Of a stretch of 28,233 nucleotides of DNA, positions 27,326-28,233 are shown piece after piece. The first letter of the stretch is position 1. Each line of letters begins with the position of its first letter. The notes below the pieces were generated by a model. That model did no database searches. It was given only the letters and a program-made list of their open reading frames with translations, and had not been told where the DNA came from. A program made the position numbers and the translations under genes. The DNA comes from Deltaproteobacteria bacterium. Lineage in GTDB: Bacteria; Myxococcota_A; UBA9160; PR03. The stretch lies in NCBI GenBank assembly GCA_018262315.1, contig JAGSPS010000001.1, positions 1 through 28,233 on the forward strand, given 5' to 3'.

Positions 27326-28233
27326 TCAAACGAAGAACAAGAACGTCGCGAGCGCGAAGATCGGGAGCAGGATCGCGGTCGAGTAGGCCATGTAGCCGAA
27401 AAAACTGGGCATGCGCACGCCGCTTTCTTCGGCGATCGCCTTCACCATGAAGTTCGGTCCGTTCCCGATGTACGAGTTGGCGCCCATGAAGACGGCGCCG
27501 CACGCGATCGCCGCGAGCGTCTCGGCCGCCTTCGTGCCGAGCGCGAGATACTCGGCGAGATAGCGACCTTCGAGTGCGACGCCGTCGAGGCCGCAGGCCG
27601 CGGCGGCGAAGGTCAGATAGGTGGGCGCGTTGTCGAGGAAGCTGGAGAGCAGTCCGCTCGCCCAGAAGAATTGCCACGGATCGCGCACCGGCAGGCTCGC
27701 GGCGTTCTGGTTGAGAAGCAGCAGCGCGGGCGCCATCGTCACGAAGATCCCCGCGAACAGGACTGCGACCTCGATGATCGGGCCGAATCGGAAGCGGTTC
27801 GCGGCGCGCAGGTGGGCCGGCGTGGTCGTGTAGGCGGCCATCGCGATCGCGATCATCGCGGCTTCCTGGAGCCCCGTGAGCCACGGCGCGCCGCCGCTTC
27901 CGAGGCCGCTTCCCGACGCATAGATCACCGCCACGATGCCGGCCAGGAAGGCGAAGTTGTGGGCGCCGCCGATGCGCAGCGGCTCGTGTTCGATCAGTTC
28001 CTCGAGCAGCGGTTCGGTCGTCTCGGCCTGCTCGCGATTCAGCGCGATCTGGTCCCAGACGTTGAAGACGACGAGCAGCAGGCCGTTCACGAACAGCCAC
28101 TCCTTCCACAGCCCGAAGGTCCAGCCGAACGGAACGCCCTTCAAGAAGCCGAGGAAGAGCGGCGGGTCGCCGAGCGGCGTGAGCAGCCCGCCGCAGTTCG
28201 ACACCACGAAGATGAAGAACACCACGACGTGGA
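27326..28233 (-). CDS. Putative sodium:proton antiporter (ion transporter superfamily, CitMHS_2-like), 5'-truncated
   Basis: FFIFVVSNCGGLLTPLGDPPLFLGFLKGVPF, EVAVLFAGIFVTM, LSSFLDNAPTYL and GANSYIGNGPNFMVK. The frame is open to the window end. Confidence 0.87.
   Translation of the reverse strand, partial: HVVVFFIFVVSNCGGLLTPLGDPPLFLGFLKGVPFGWTFGLWKEWLFVNGLLLVVFNVWDQIALNREQAETTEPLLEELIEHEPLRIGGAHNFAFLAGIVAVIYASGSGLGSGGAPWLTGLQEAAMIAIAMAAYTTTPAHLRAANRFRFGPIIEVAVLFAGIFVTMAPALLLLNQNAASLPVRDPWQFFWASGLLSSFLDNAPTYLTFAAAACGLDGVALEGRYLAEYLALGTKAAETLAAIACGAVFMGANSYIGNGPNFMVKAIAEESGVRMPSFFGYMAYSTAILLPIFALATFLFFV

Overview
A very GC-rich bacterial window with about 25 tightly packed CDS. I recognised no rRNA, tRNA, CRISPR array or transposase. 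A PEP-CTERM protein, a sigma-54 promoter and many lipid-catabolic enzymes would fit a Myxococcota/deltaproteobacterial-type genome (inference only). Left to right: (1) a co-oriented + strand cluster of a 5'-truncated unknown-domain/thioredoxin reductase fusion, CaiB/AMACR-type CoA enzyme, acyl-CoA ligase, extended SDR, classical SDR and Cys-type selD; (2) a divergent acyl-CoA dehydrogenase and Baeyer-Villiger monooxygenase; (3) a PEP-CTERM protein; (4) a TetR regulator divergent from a coupled trio of one small unknown protein and two phytoene-dehydrogenase-like flavoproteins; (5) a secreted protein with 20-aa repeats followed by a CsgG-like lipoprotein with a peptidoglycan-binding domain; (6) radical SAM, alpha/beta hydrolase-membrane fusion, DUF3108-like protein and a hybrid sensor kinase; (7) an MsrQ-like membrane protein; (8) sigma-54-driven amtB-glnK followed by a 4x14-bp tandem repeat; (9) a YbaY-like lipoprotein, an ABM monooxygenase and a truncated antiporter. 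The best candidates for undescribed systems are the TrxR-fusion/selD/acyl-CoA cluster, the TetR-linked CrtI-like pair with its small partner, and the CsgG-like gene paired with a repeat protein. Family assignments come from motif recognition and recall; no searches were run.
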